From a virus (lineage: Duplodnaviria > Caudoviricetes), in IMG/VR virus record IMGVR_UViG_3300020403_000019, positions 1 through 48,818 of that record: a stretch of 48,818 bases of DNA; one strand, 5' to 3'. Positions 22,998 through 33,190 of the stretch are shown piece after piece. The notes under the pieces are model-generated. The model did no database searches. It saw only the letters and a list, made by a program, of their open reading frames with translations, and was not told the DNA's origin. The translations under genes were made by a program, and so were the position numbers. Numbering within the stretch: position 1 is the stretch's first letter; each line of letters starts with the position of its first letter.

Positions 22998-25241
22998 TTA
23001 GAACGCCGGATAAATTGCTGCTCCTGCACCTCTGAACTCAGTCATATCTGCTCCTCCTTGCTTCAAGTAGATAAGAGAACGTTTTTCTGCCGGAACTCTC
23101 ATCCTAATTTTATCAGAGTGTTCGTAATAATCCATAAGGCTAAATCCGTCTTTGCCTCCTAAGTTTTCGGGGCCTTGAGCAGCGTCACTGTCAAGCCATA
23201 CTAGGTTTTGTATGATGTCACATAAAGAAAGTGTTCCGGTATAAGGCACGGTATCTTTTACCGCTTTAACCTCAATATTTACATATTGATCATCAGGAGC
23301 TCCTCCTGTTGTACCGCCTCCATCTTCATAGACCCAAGATGCTGTGTTTCCGCCGGACTTAGTTATATAGACTCCGCCGGAGAACCTAGGCCACTTAAAC
23401 CCGGCTTCAGACCAAGTTTCTGTTGTTGTCGGTGCACAGACGCAAGTCGTAACCATAGAGGTTCCAGTAGATCCGTCATCAAGAGTTACTTCTACAGGTG
23501 TGGTTGTGCACACTCTGTCAAATTTTTGTCTGGTGGGCTCAGGCCCTACAATGTGATTATGAGTGAATAGATACTCGTGCCCTCCGTCGACATTATGGAA
23601 ATTAAAGACCATATCTACATGGCCCTTTTCCGTCCTATTATATATGGGCACATTGTATTCATTAGCGTCGGTTCCGTGTCTTCTGCCATCTACAATTAAA
23701 TCAGAGCAGTTTGGTACATTGAACTCAAATTTCTGAGTCCAACTAGCTCTAACTCTATAAGTTAGCTGAAAAGAAACCAATTTATTTGCATAGTTTTTAA
23801 GATCTAATATTACCCTTTTGTCGGTATCCTTTCTGCATAGTATTCCGTCTCTACCGGAAGTATCTACAGAGGGAGTAACTGGCTCTTCATACTTATCTGC
23901 TTCATAGATAGCTCCTTCTTCGTACCATGGTCCAGGAGGACAATCAGTCGGGCCTAATGTAGTATCTTTAACGTCGCAAGTAAAATCGTAGCTGTCTATT
24001 TTTATAAACGCGTTCGCGTCATCTCCATCGTTGTCTCTAAATTCTAGTCTCTTCCTATCAGCGTTATAAACCGGCTCATTGATATTGTCCATGTTTTTGA
24101 ACTTATAGAACCGATCCGCGCTACTCTTAACTTTAAAGGTAACAGATTTCTCTGTCTTTTCTTTACCCTTATCTAAGACGGTCATAATCTCTGAGCCGTC
24201 AAAATTCTTTATAGTAAAAGTAGATATGGCAGTTCCATCTGAACCAGGGTTGTCGTCTTTCTTAAATTTAAGAGTGATAGTACTAGGAGCGTCTCCTTCT
24301 CCTAGAACGTCTGGTGGTATAGAGACTCCCCACTTCCCGCTACTATTCTGGGTAATAACCGGCGGATCGATTCCACAACCTGAAGGAGTTGGTGGTGGAG
24401 GAATATCCGGCTCGGTTGTGCCGCCGTCCAGTACAACATCAGATAACGCTATATTTAGAGTCGCGCCTTCTACTTGGGTCTTATTAACTACCGGAGATTT
24501 GTCTTTAATATACAGGAAAGCATTGAAGCTTCCGTCCTTATCTCTAAATTCTAATAGGGCTTCGTTGGGAAGACTCCCTCCTTCATAACTTCCGCCACCG
24601 CTTCTATTAAACTTTATTTCTTGATCTATACCTTCAAAATCAAAAGCATAGAAATTAGTATATGCCGATCTTACAGAAAAGACCTCAGTTTCATTATCTC
24701 TTGTTTTAGAGCTATTGAAAGACATTCTATTAAACTCGCCATCGTCACCAACTATTTCTACGGCGGTAAGCGCTCTTCCGTCAGAGCTCCGGCTGTCCTC
24801 CCTTTCCATATAGACTTCTACAGTACTGCCTTTTAATAAGCCGTCTGGGATTCTTACACCAAAATCACCGCCTTTCTTGTCTATAAATATCTCAGCTTTT
24901 GCTCCCTTTAAAGTAAGAGTCGGGTGAAATACGCTGAGTCTTGTAGGCTTATCTGTTTTTACAGAAGCATCTACCGTTTTATCAAATTTTAATTCGTAAA
25001 GATTTCCGTAAGCTTTAGTTATAGGGAAACTAACGCTTTTTGATCCCTGACTACCAGGAGTAAATAATTCGTATCTTTTATTATCTGATCCTTTGACAAC
25101 AACTTTTCCCATCGGATCACCAAAACCTTCTGGCTGATGATCCCATTCTGCGGACAAGGTCACTGTGGCAGAGATCAAGTTCTTATTCTTAATCTCTATG
25201 TAGTACTTACCGCCGCTTTTTAAAAATTCTACCTTAGCCAT
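22998..25241 (-). CDS. Virion structural protein (tail-fibre associated)
   Basis: 747 aa; internal repeats (FGVRIP/WGVSIP...LEFRDxDG); directly downstream of the tail fibre gene. Confidence 0.6.
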   Translation of the reverse strand: MAKVEFLKSGGKYYIEIKNKNLISATVTLSAEWDHQPEGFGDPMGKVVVKGSDNKRYELFTPGSQGSKSVSFPITKAYGNLYELKFDKTVDASVKTDKPTRLSVFHPTLTLKGAKAEIFIDKKGGDFGVRIPDGLLKGSTVEVYMEREDSRSSDGRALTAVEIVGDDGEFNRMSFNSSKTRDNETEVFSVRSAYTNFYAFDFEGIDQEIKFNRSGGGSYEGGSLPNEALLEFRDKDGSFNAFLYIKDKSPVVNKTQVEGATLNIALSDVVLDGGTTEPDIPPPPTPSGCGIDPPVITQNSSGKWGVSIPPDVLGEGDAPSTITLKFKKDDNPGSDGTAISTFTIKNFDGSEIMTVLDKGKEKTEKSVTFKVKSSADRFYKFKNMDNINEPVYNADRKRLEFRDNDGDDANAFIKIDSYDFTCDVKDTTLGPTDCPPGPWYEEGAIYEADKYEEPVTPSVDTSGRDGILCRKDTDKRVILDLKNYANKLVSFQLTYRVRASWTQKFEFNVPNCSDLIVDGRRHGTDANEYNVPIYNRTEKGHVDMVFNFHNVDGGHEYLFTHNHIVGPEPTRQKFDRVCTTTPVEVTLDDGSTGTSMVTTCVCAPTTTETWSEAGFKWPRFSGGVYITKSGGNTASWVYEDGGGTTGGAPDDQYVNIEVKAVKDTVPYTGTLSLCDIIQNLVWLDSDAAQGPENLGGKDGFSLMDYYEHSDKIRMRVPAEKRSLIYLKQGGADMTEFRGAGAAIYPAF

Positions 25242-28200
25242 TGAGCTTTTCTTCTAAGACCTTAACTTTAGCGCTAAGTTCTTTGATAGACTCGATGAGA
25301 ACTGGGATTAGATCGTTGTAAGCCAAGCTATACATTCCTGTCACGTTATCTGTTCTAAGGATCTCTGGGAATACTTCACCGGCGTCTTGTGCAATTAGAC
25401 CGATTCTTTGCTGACTGGGTTCAGACTTGAAGTTATAATTTACACCTTCTAGCTTCTCTAGTTTGGCGAGAGATCCGTCTAGTGAGATTACGTTTTCTTT
25501 AAGTCTTGCGTCGGAGAAAGCAGAGAAGTCTTTTGCAGAGATGTCTTTAGTAGCTTTAACTTCTAAGAACGCTACTGAGGATCCAGTATTAGCAACGTAT
25601 TGTCCGCTAGTAATATCGGGCGGATCAACTGCTTGTCCAATAGAAATAAGTCTAGGAGTAAAGTCATCGCTAGGATCGTTAGGATCTCCTCCAGGAGCTT
25701 CAATAGGAGTTCCGTCTGCTACAGTAACACCCACACCAGCTTGAATCTGGTTTTCTTGGCGGAACTTAAGCTCATTCGCAAGGTCTTTTGCTGTTACAAC
25801 TACTTTGTCTGCAACACCAGAAGCTCCTTCTTTAAATGCACCACGAATATCCTGCTTGTTTGCAAGTTCAACGAGTCCTGCCTCTTCAGTTGTTGCATAT
25901 ACACCAGCCGTAGAACCGGCATTAATGGGTCCAGAGGAGCTTGTGAACTTAGTAGTATTACTAAAGATGATAGAGGTGTCGTCTCCGAATACCATTCGGG
26001 AGTCATCTTGCATTAGCAAGGTTCCCTTAATAATAACGTTATTGAGTACTTGGTTAGTTACGCTACCAATCTCGTTATCAGCTTTAAGGGGGATGGAGAA
26101 TTGTTCACCAGAACGAAGGTCAAATACGGTGGTTCCTAAATAGTAGTTACCTTCTTCGTTCATGCCTGTAGCATAAACTCTACCGGCTTTCTCTTCAACA
26201 ATAATCTTGCCAAGAGCAAAGTCTTGTTCTAGAGGCTCACCCTGGAAACCGGGGAACGAAGTATCGTAGTTAAGATATCCGGTCCATTCCCATGTGTGTC
26301 CAGAGGCTCTGATTACAGAAGGCCTTCTTGTTTCTACTAAGAAACCGGCGAAAACTTCTGCCTCACTTGGGCCAATGCTAACAGGAGATGTGCTAGGAAC
26401 AAGGTTCTCTACAGAATACTCAACAGCAGGTCTAGAATTCAATAGCCTTAAGGCCACCTTAGTGATAGACTCTTCTGGGTCTTCAGTTAGTTCAGGTTCA
26501 TCCGCATCAAGCTTAGGTACGAAGTCTCCTGTAAATACGTCTCTTGCTCTGCTTCCTTGAACAACATAAGCTACAAATTTACCCTCATTTTCTTGACCTT
26601 CTCTGCTTTCTTCGTTTATACCATAGTAGCTGTTATAGGTTTGAACTTGAGTTACAGTTAGAGGATCATCTGCAAGGTCTGTTCCTCCATTTATTTGGAG
26701 TCCACCTGGCTGCTTTTCTAAGATGTAATAAGGTTGAGGTCTTCTTACTCCTTCAGAACTTAGATATCCATCAAATACGAGTTTATATACCCTCTCTTTT
26801 TCTACTCTTCTATCAGCGCCTCTAATTGTTTTGACAGGAGATTTATCAAAGATGAAGTCCAGAGATGCATTAACTTCTTCAGTTGTTGACTCTGGAGTAA
26901 TTACTTTAAATCTGAAGGCGTGGTTAAACTTCTTGAGCAAATAACCGTCACCATCTAAATCTGTGGATTCCTCTGTAATACCGGATGTATCAGCTTCAAT
27001 ATACCAGAAACCGTCAGTGAGTATGTTGTCGTTTGCGTCTGTTTCAACAGCTGTTTCATCCCAAGTAAAGATCTTAGATCTATCATCTAATTGATCAAAT
27101 CCAGGAGTTGTGGCCGACGATCCTATTCTTAGATCTCCAGCAAATAGAATTGCACTACCGTCTAGATCAAATCCAGAGATATAGATTCTATTTCTGTTCG
27201 GTCTAGATGCACCACCTGCGAGCTGATAGCCTCCGTCGCTTACTTTCTTTGTATAACTAAATTGTCCTAGACCGATAGAAGCTGCAGATGGAGGATTAGT
27301 AAGGGAGAAAGGATTCTGGCTGTTGGAGTTTCTAACATAAATCCTCATTGGGTTAGGCATATCAGTGCCCACCGTGGCACCCTTAACATAGTTAAGAGTT
27401 TGTTCGTAGTCAATTACAAGACCGGTGTTAATCTCTGTATCTTCAAGAGTAGCAGATCTTCCATTATCCAGGGTATCATAAGAAAGAGGAATAGGAGGAA
27501 TGATCTGTGTTAGTCTAGTTCCTAGATAAGTGCCCTTAGGAACCGCGCCGTCCTGAGAGAACGCCTTTGTCTTATAGCCGATCGCTCTTAGAGAGATGTC
27601 ACCGAAGTCGGAGCAAGAGTTCGTAATAGATAGATCAGAGCCGCTCTCTGAAATAAAGTGATCGGCGTTACCAATTACGAAACACGAAACAAGCTGTACT
27701 TGAGCATCGTGGCTAGATCTAAAGCCCCAGTGACGATACTTGAATGGATCAGCCAAGCAGTCCTTATACTTCTTACCACCTTCTTCTCCTTTGTTTCTTG
27801 GAGGATCTTTGTCGTACTCACTGGTAGGATTTTCAAAGCAATTCGGATCAGTTTGTAGAGAGACTTGAGTATAGTTTGCAGAAACCATGGACTTAAAGCC
27901 ACCTACTCTAGAGCCGTCGATCCACATACCGTTGAGACCAAAGATCGATCTTACCGAGCAGTTAAAGACATAAGGCGAAGAAGATCTTGTGGAGTTAACG
28001 TCAGGTAGAGCAAAGGGAGGAGTTTGTACTCCACCTTCTTCAGCGTAAAGAACAGCAGGACCTGGATAAGATGGCTTTGCAGTTGGATCCAAGTCGGGTG
28101 TTTGGATACCAGTTTGGTTTTGCTCAAAGTCAGCAGATCTGTTATTCTTAGAATCTGCAAGGGGAGCAACAATGGTGGTTTCAGCAGATACCGCAGAGAT

Positions 28201-30342
28201 GCTCTTTCCACTCCAACCGTCGATCCCTCCGAATAGAGACTGTACTTTGTTATAATAAGAAGTCTCACCAGCACCGCCATTGATTTCTGCCTGAGAGGCA
28301 TAGCCAATTGCAGTAACTGTGCTATGAGTCCTAGAGAACTGTTGGTTATCAGTAAAAGTAATTAGGGAGATATACGTACCGCCAGTTACTTTAAAAATAT
28401 AAGTACGCTTAGCCTGGGGCTGATCTTGTCCTGGAGTTAACTCAGGAATGTACATTGGTCTAACACGTACCTTTCTAAGGTCGACTCCGTTAATAGAGAC
28501 ACCTCTTGGTACAACTACACCACCTTCGGTAGGGTTGAAGTCGGATAGCCTGTTGATTCTGATACTCTCTCCTACAGAGAAAGAACCTTGTACATATTGT
28601 AGATATAATCTCCAGATAGGCGAAGCAGTGGCATCTTTCTCGATCTTATAGATCGTTCCAACAGCTCCAGCAGCCGTATAAATTGTTCTTCCTAACTTGA
28701 ATAGGTTAGGTGGTTGACGATCATTACTATTATCAGCTTGAATCGTGATATAAGGAACATCTGTACTCCAAGAGTTTAATGCTTGGAATCCAGTGTCAAC
28801 TTGCTTAATGTAGGTATCACCAGGATTTGGTCCACCAACGGCGTTAAGACCCGGGCTATTGTCAAGATAGTAGTCTCCAGGTGCAAGCTCGATAACAGTA
28901 GTGTCATAGGCATCTAGACCAATGCTTCTTCTACTTGATCTTGCTGCTTCAAGAAGTGCTCTTTCAATTGTTCTAAATGGTCTATTTGCGTCAGTACCAT
29001 TATTAATGAGTTGGTCATTTCCGACCGCAGGGTCGACATAAATGATATTCTTAGTAATTTCTGCACCAGGAGAGATTCCACCCGCTCCAACTCTTCTACA
29101 ACGATCGGCTCCAAATACTTTTAATAGACCACCCTCGCCATTAGAATAGATTGCAGTTGCAGAGCTGATCTCTTTATAGCACTTACTAGTTGCGGCTTCG
29201 TATCTATATACACCCTCAGAAGGGTTAGGATACACTCCAGGAATGGGCTGACCGTCAGGGCATTCGCCGGCAGTTCTGTTTCCGATAAATTCTTTACCGC
29301 CGCAGCTAAGGAAGCTACCGAGCTTAGGATTACACTCGGAGCCAGGAGTCTCTTCAAATCTCCATTCAGAAGTAGCTTCATGATAGAAGAGCTCGATGTG
29401 AGCATCGCGGATATTTACAATCCAGTCGTCTACAGAGTTGTTAATCTTTGTAGTTCCAGCAGGGCGCAATACGACGGGATAACGATCGAATGATCCTTCT
29501 AAGTCAACAATTGCAACTCTATCGTTATCAGAAGCGGAAGCAGGAAGGTTGATAATTACAGATCCATTTCTGGTATCTACAACAGCTCTGTCCCAAGAAT
29601 TAAGAGAGGTGTTTGAATTTAAGATGTCTGTGTTCTTAAGTACACCGGTCGTGTAAGTGTTAAGAGCACCGACGTAAAGGTTGGGACGGAGGTCGATTAC
29701 TCCCGTTCCCATTACATTATTTTCAGAATCTGTAGCAAATTGTCCATTAACAGTGACAATTTTTGCTAGAGGCACATAAGGATTAGAGGCAGGATCAGGT
29801 AGAGTTGTAGAGATTACGAGCTCTGCTTCTAGAACATTTGTACTAGAGTTTCTTACTTCTTTTGCGTATACATAAGCCGTTCCGGTTTCGTCAATCAAAC
29901 CGATTAGCTTACGAGGCCAAGATCCGGTTGTACCGTCTGATAGAGAGATGGTGCCGGCTTCCACAGCAATACCATTTTGATTGCTTGTTGCGACTGCAGT
30001 AACAGTGTAGTTATCACCGATACTTACAGGTAGAGTTCTAGGTTCTGAAAACGTTGCGCTACTAACTTGCCATCCATTGGCAATTGTCCCAGAGTATCCC
30101 AAGATGATACCGTCATGAGCTAATCTACCAACTGCGGTCTCCTTCTCTTCTCTAGGATCGGAGATTTCGTAGTCTTTTAATTTATCTCTTTGGCCAATAT
30201 CCCAAGAGTTATGATCTGTAGAAGTTACAGAGTAGTAGTCTGCTCTAGGAGTTTCTCCTGAGAAGTCTGTGCCTTTTTGAACTTCGTTAAGATAGTCACT
30301 AGTAACGATTGTTCCGTTTACAAACGTAATTTTATCAAGCAT
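25234..30342 (-). CDS. Long tail fibre/spike with C-terminal intramolecular chaperone (peptidase S74)
   Basis: 1702 aa; IYVDP..GND...PFRTIERA and beta-helix-like core; SDARLKEN...IGLIAQ...ESIKEL chaperone domain. Confidence 0.85.
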   Translation of the reverse strand: MLDKITFVNGTIVTSDYLNEVQKGTDFSGETPRADYYSVTSTDHNSWDIGQRDKLKDYEISDPREEKETAVGRLAHDGIILGYSGTIANGWQVSSATFSEPRTLPVSIGDNYTVTAVATSNQNGIAVEAGTISLSDGTTGSWPRKLIGLIDETGTAYVYAKEVRNSSTNVLEAELVISTTLPDPASNPYVPLAKIVTVNGQFATDSENNVMGTGVIDLRPNLYVGALNTYTTGVLKNTDILNSNTSLNSWDRAVVDTRNGSVIINLPASASDNDRVAIVDLEGSFDRYPVVLRPAGTTKINNSVDDWIVNIRDAHIELFYHEATSEWRFEETPGSECNPKLGSFLSCGGKEFIGNRTAGECPDGQPIPGVYPNPSEGVYRYEAATSKCYKEISSATAIYSNGEGGLLKVFGADRCRRVGAGGISPGAEITKNIIYVDPAVGNDQLINNGTDANRPFRTIERALLEAARSSRRSIGLDAYDTTVIELAPGDYYLDNSPGLNAVGGPNPGDTYIKQVDTGFQALNSWSTDVPYITIQADNSNDRQPPNLFKLGRTIYTAAGAVGTIYKIEKDATASPIWRLYLQYVQGSFSVGESIRINRLSDFNPTEGGVVVPRGVSINGVDLRKVRVRPMYIPELTPGQDQPQAKRTYIFKVTGGTYISLITFTDNQQFSRTHSTVTAIGYASQAEINGGAGETSYYNKVQSLFGGIDGWSGKSISAVSAETTIVAPLADSKNNRSADFEQNQTGIQTPDLDPTAKPSYPGPAVLYAEEGGVQTPPFALPDVNSTRSSSPYVFNCSVRSIFGLNGMWIDGSRVGGFKSMVSANYTQVSLQTDPNCFENPTSEYDKDPPRNKGEEGGKKYKDCLADPFKYRHWGFRSSHDAQVQLVSCFVIGNADHFISESGSDLSITNSCSDFGDISLRAIGYKTKAFSQDGAVPKGTYLGTRLTQIIPPIPLSYDTLDNGRSATLEDTEINTGLVIDYEQTLNYVKGATVGTDMPNPMRIYVRNSNSQNPFSLTNPPSAASIGLGQFSYTKKVSDGGYQLAGGASRPNRNRIYISGFDLDGSAILFAGDLRIGSSATTPGFDQLDDRSKIFTWDETAVETDANDNILTDGFWYIEADTSGITEESTDLDGDGYLLKKFNHAFRFKVITPESTTEEVNASLDFIFDKSPVKTIRGADRRVEKERVYKLVFDGYLSSEGVRRPQPYYILEKQPGGLQINGGTDLADDPLTVTQVQTYNSYYGINEESREGQENEGKFVAYVVQGSRARDVFTGDFVPKLDADEPELTEDPEESITKVALRLLNSRPAVEYSVENLVPSTSPVSIGPSEAEVFAGFLVETRRPSVIRASGHTWEWTGYLNYDTSFPGFQGEPLEQDFALGKIIVEEKAGRVYATGMNEEGNYYLGTTVFDLRSGEQFSIPLKADNEIGSVTNQVLNNVIIKGTLLMQDDSRMVFGDDTSIIFSNTTKFTSSSGPINAGSTAGVYATTEEAGLVELANKQDIRGAFKEGASGVADKVVVTAKDLANELKFRQENQIQAGVGVTVADGTPIEAPGGDPNDPSDDFTPRLISIGQAVDPPDITSGQYVANTGSSVAFLEVKATKDISAKDFSAFSDARLKENVISLDGSLAKLEKLEGVNYNFKSEPSQQRIGLIAQDAGEVFPEILRTDNVTGMYSLAYNDLIPVLIESIKELSAKVKVLEEKLNG

Positions 30343-30356
30343 CGTAGGAGTTCAAT

Positions 30357-30908
30357 TTAAGAAATATTGTTGATCCAGAGTAATCTGCCCATCCAATTAT
30401 CGTTCGGGCCAAACGAGCTCAATTCTACCATCATTTGTCTTCCTTGAGCTTTATAAGTATCTATAGGGTTATTTGCGTTGTCATCTACGGCATCTATTCC
30501 ATAACCCCACGTCACCCCGGTTGATTGGATGAACCATGAATCTTTAGAGCCCCAGTCCACAGGGTAATCAAAATAAACCGAATTAGCAGTCACGGGTGCT
30601 TGCGGAAACACTAGAAGAATCCTTACTTCTCTATAGTAACCCTCTGGGATTGTCAAAGGGTTCATGTTTGAAATCGGGAGATTATCAGCGTTACTTACGT
30701 CAATCTTTAAGTAGTTGGCGTATCTTAAAGAACCAATTGGCTTGTTCTTTACTGCTCCTCCAAGTTCTATCGGGGAACCAATAGAATCTCCGACCCAAGC
30801 TCTACCATCTGCATTATTAGCAAAGAGCTCACCCTCACCCAAGTCCCCGATGAAAGGTTCTTCCCCAACAACGTTTGATGTTAAAATTTGAATCGATGCT
30901 TGACTCAT
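30357..30908 (-). CDS. Tail-fibre-associated hypothetical protein
   Basis: N-terminal GELFANNADGRAWVG motif common in fibre N-termini; first gene of the leftward virion operon. Confidence 0.5.
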   Translation of the reverse strand: MSQASIQILTSNVVGEEPFIGDLGEGELFANNADGRAWVGDSIGSPIELGGAVKNKPIGSLRYANYLKIDVSNADNLPISNMNPLTIPEGYYREVRILLVFPQAPVTANSVYFDYPVDWGSKDSWFIQSTGVTWGYGIDAVDDNANNPIDTYKAQGRQMMVELSSFGPNDNWMGRLLWINNIS

Positions 30909-30939
30909 TTACAAAGTATATTGTATTTAGCCTAATGGT

Positions 30940-30966
30940 CTTTAAACTGCTTTTTACGGTTTAAAG
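30940..30966. promoter_or_regulatory. Back-to-back GTTTAAAG candidate late promoters
   Basis: Minus copy at 30947-30940 and plus copy at 30959-30966, between the two divergent virion operons. Confidence 0.7.
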
Positions 30967-30989
30967 CTATATTAGATAAATAACCTGAT

Positions 30990-31874
30990 GTGGCTAGAAA
31001 TAATTTTCTTACAGATAAGTTCACAACTCTAGGAGGATTAGCTGCAGTAGCTTACGGATCTTCTCTATCTTTTGGATCAGTAGGAGATGAGATAAAGAAA
31101 AGCTCAATAACAAAATCATTAGATCGACAGCTTCCATCTAATGTACTATTAGACTTCCTAGGAACAAAAACCGTTCTTGTGGACGTATTTAAATCTGTTT
31201 TTCAGACTGAATACGACGAGGTAACTCCCTTAACAGATTTTATAGATATATACTCTTCTATAGTGAGTTTTTCTGATCTTTGCACAGAGTCTCTACTTAA
31301 GAATCTAAATACTCAATCAACTTATTCTGTTTCCGCAAGTGAGATAATAGAGCAGTCAATAGCTGAGTCTTTTATGAGAGAAGGAGGAAGCAAGGAAATA
31401 GGAGTTAAGATAGAAGATCTCAGAGATAAAGTATTAGTTAAAATACAGAGTCTGGAGTATGTAGGACAAGATGTAGAAAAGCTAATAGCTCTTACATCTA
31501 ATAATCCTAACACGAAGATTACGTCTGCAGTACCAGATACTACGGTGCCCCTTCCAACCGAGTTATCCTTGGAAAAAGATCACAGAGGAGTGGATAGAAG
31601 ATATGGAACAGTCTCTCCTAAGGATTATTTTTCAGGCGTAGGATTCTTGCTCGAAGGAGATTCAATAAGAAAGTCTGCGTTGCAAGGATACGTAGGATAT
31701 CCCCTGTTTTCTTTACTAGGTGAAAGTTTATTAAACCCAGATAGCTACGACAATCTAAATTTGAATGACACTAACCTGTCAATATTAAGTGAATTAAATA
31801 ACAATTCTGGTATTCCTGCTAGTGAACAGGGAATTTATAATCTAAGCCTTGCAAGAATAGATCTAGGTACTTGA
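30990..31874 (+). CDS. Hypothetical (baseplate-region) protein
   Basis: 294-aa ORF heading the baseplate operon; no motif recognised. Confidence 0.5.
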   Translation: MARNNFLTDKFTTLGGLAAVAYGSSLSFGSVGDEIKKSSITKSLDRQLPSNVLLDFLGTKTVLVDVFKSVFQTEYDEVTPLTDFIDIYSSIVSFSDLCTESLLKNLNTQSTYSVSASEIIEQSIAESFMREGGSKEIGVKIEDLRDKVLVKIQSLEYVGQDVEKLIALTSNNPNTKITSAVPDTTVPLPTELSLEKDHRGVDRRYGTVSPKDYFSGVGFLLEGDSIRKSALQGYVGYPLFSLLGESLLNPDSYDNLNLNDTNLSILSELNNNSGIPASEQGIYNLSLARIDLGT

Positions 31875-31878
31875 TAAA

Positions 31879-33189
31879 ATGTCAAATATATACGGACCAA
31901 TACTACCACTTCAGTTAGATCCTAGAAATACATCTGCTCTTGTAAGAGATATGCAGACTAAGATTTTCTTAGAGTCTGATGGTCAATTAAACGATTTTTC
32001 TTCTGCCTCTCCTTTATCAGCTATGGTGGAAGGCCAAGCTTTTGCTCAAGGAGAACTGCTATATTATCTTAATAGCTTACCAGAGGCTTATACTCTACAA
32101 TGGCTTAGACAGTTAGGAATACAAAGGTCAATCGGAGCAAGGTCCGTAGTAGAAGTGACTTTTATAAAGCAGAGAGGATTTAACAGATCAGTTGTAATAC
32201 CTGCAAATACAATTGTTTCTACCTCCAATAACCTAAATTTTGTGCTTCAAAACGAGGTGAGAATAGGAGATGCAAATAGCTCTGCAAAGGGAGTTGCTCA
32301 GTCTGAAAAATGGGGTAGTGTTTACAATGTTCCTTCAGATACTATAGAAAAAATTAATAGGAACATCTTAGGGCTAGAAGGAGTAACAAATTTAAGACCG
32401 GCACAAGGCGGAAAAGATCTAGAGTCTATCGATAGTCTTAAAGCTAAAGCTTTTACATTGTTACGCCGAAGAGGGCTTATTTCCGCGGAAGACTACGAAA
32501 ACGAGATCTCCGCCATTGCTCCAGAAGCCTCTATTATAAAAGTACTATCCTACGAAGACAGGTTTAACTTGTCTGAAGAAAGATTATCTGGAAATGTTGT
32601 TGTTTGCGTAGGTGACGAAAACGGAGAAGAATTAGATAGCTTAGTAAGAGCTAACATTATTAAATCGTTAAAGCCTAGAATGCCTTTGGGTAATAGCATT
32701 TCTCTTATAGCTCCAAAAGTAACTCCTGTTGAAACCACGGTTTCTATAGAGTACGACGACGAAGAATTTAATGGTGGATTAGATTTGTATTCTTCTCAGA
32801 TTAGCAATCTAATTACAGAAGCTATTCGTCCTCAAATTATTTCTCTAGGCGATAAGATAGACTATCAAGAAATATTTAACGCAATATACTCTCTTCCGTA
32901 TGTCAGTAAGGTAAAGAAGCTTGAATTTAAGTTATTATCTACTCAACCGCAAGGTACTGATGCTAATGATTATTGCAGCGATTTATTTGTATCAGAAGAA
33001 ATTGATGGAGTATGTATAGAGACTCCTGAAGCAACAATTAACACCGTAGATACAAGTTACAATAATACGGACCCCATAAGGTCTTATAGATGTTATAAAA
33101 CAACCGTCAGTCTAATTGCTTCTACAAACCAAGCTCCTCTAACGTATACGTACGTAAACAAAGAATACGATGATGCTTTGAGAGGTTGA
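31879..33189 (+). CDS. Baseplate J-like wedge protein
   Basis: NDFSSASP..AMVE, GSVYNV...I, VTN..PAQGGKDLES, ISAEDYE. Confidence 0.88.
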   Translation: MSNIYGPILPLQLDPRNTSALVRDMQTKIFLESDGQLNDFSSASPLSAMVEGQAFAQGELLYYLNSLPEAYTLQWLRQLGIQRSIGARSVVEVTFIKQRGFNRSVVIPANTIVSTSNNLNFVLQNEVRIGDANSSAKGVAQSEKWGSVYNVPSDTIEKINRNILGLEGVTNLRPAQGGKDLESIDSLKAKAFTLLRRRGLISAEDYENEISAIAPEASIIKVLSYEDRFNLSEERLSGNVVVCVGDENGEELDSLVRANIIKSLKPRMPLGNSISLIAPKVTPVETTVSIEYDDEEFNGGLDLYSSQISNLITEAIRPQIISLGDKIDYQEIFNAIYSLPYVSKVKKLEFKLLSTQPQGTDANDYCSDLFVSEEIDGVCIETPEATINTVDTSYNNTDPIRSYRCYKTTVSLIASTNQAPLTYTYVNKEYDDALRG

Positions 33190-33190
33190 T

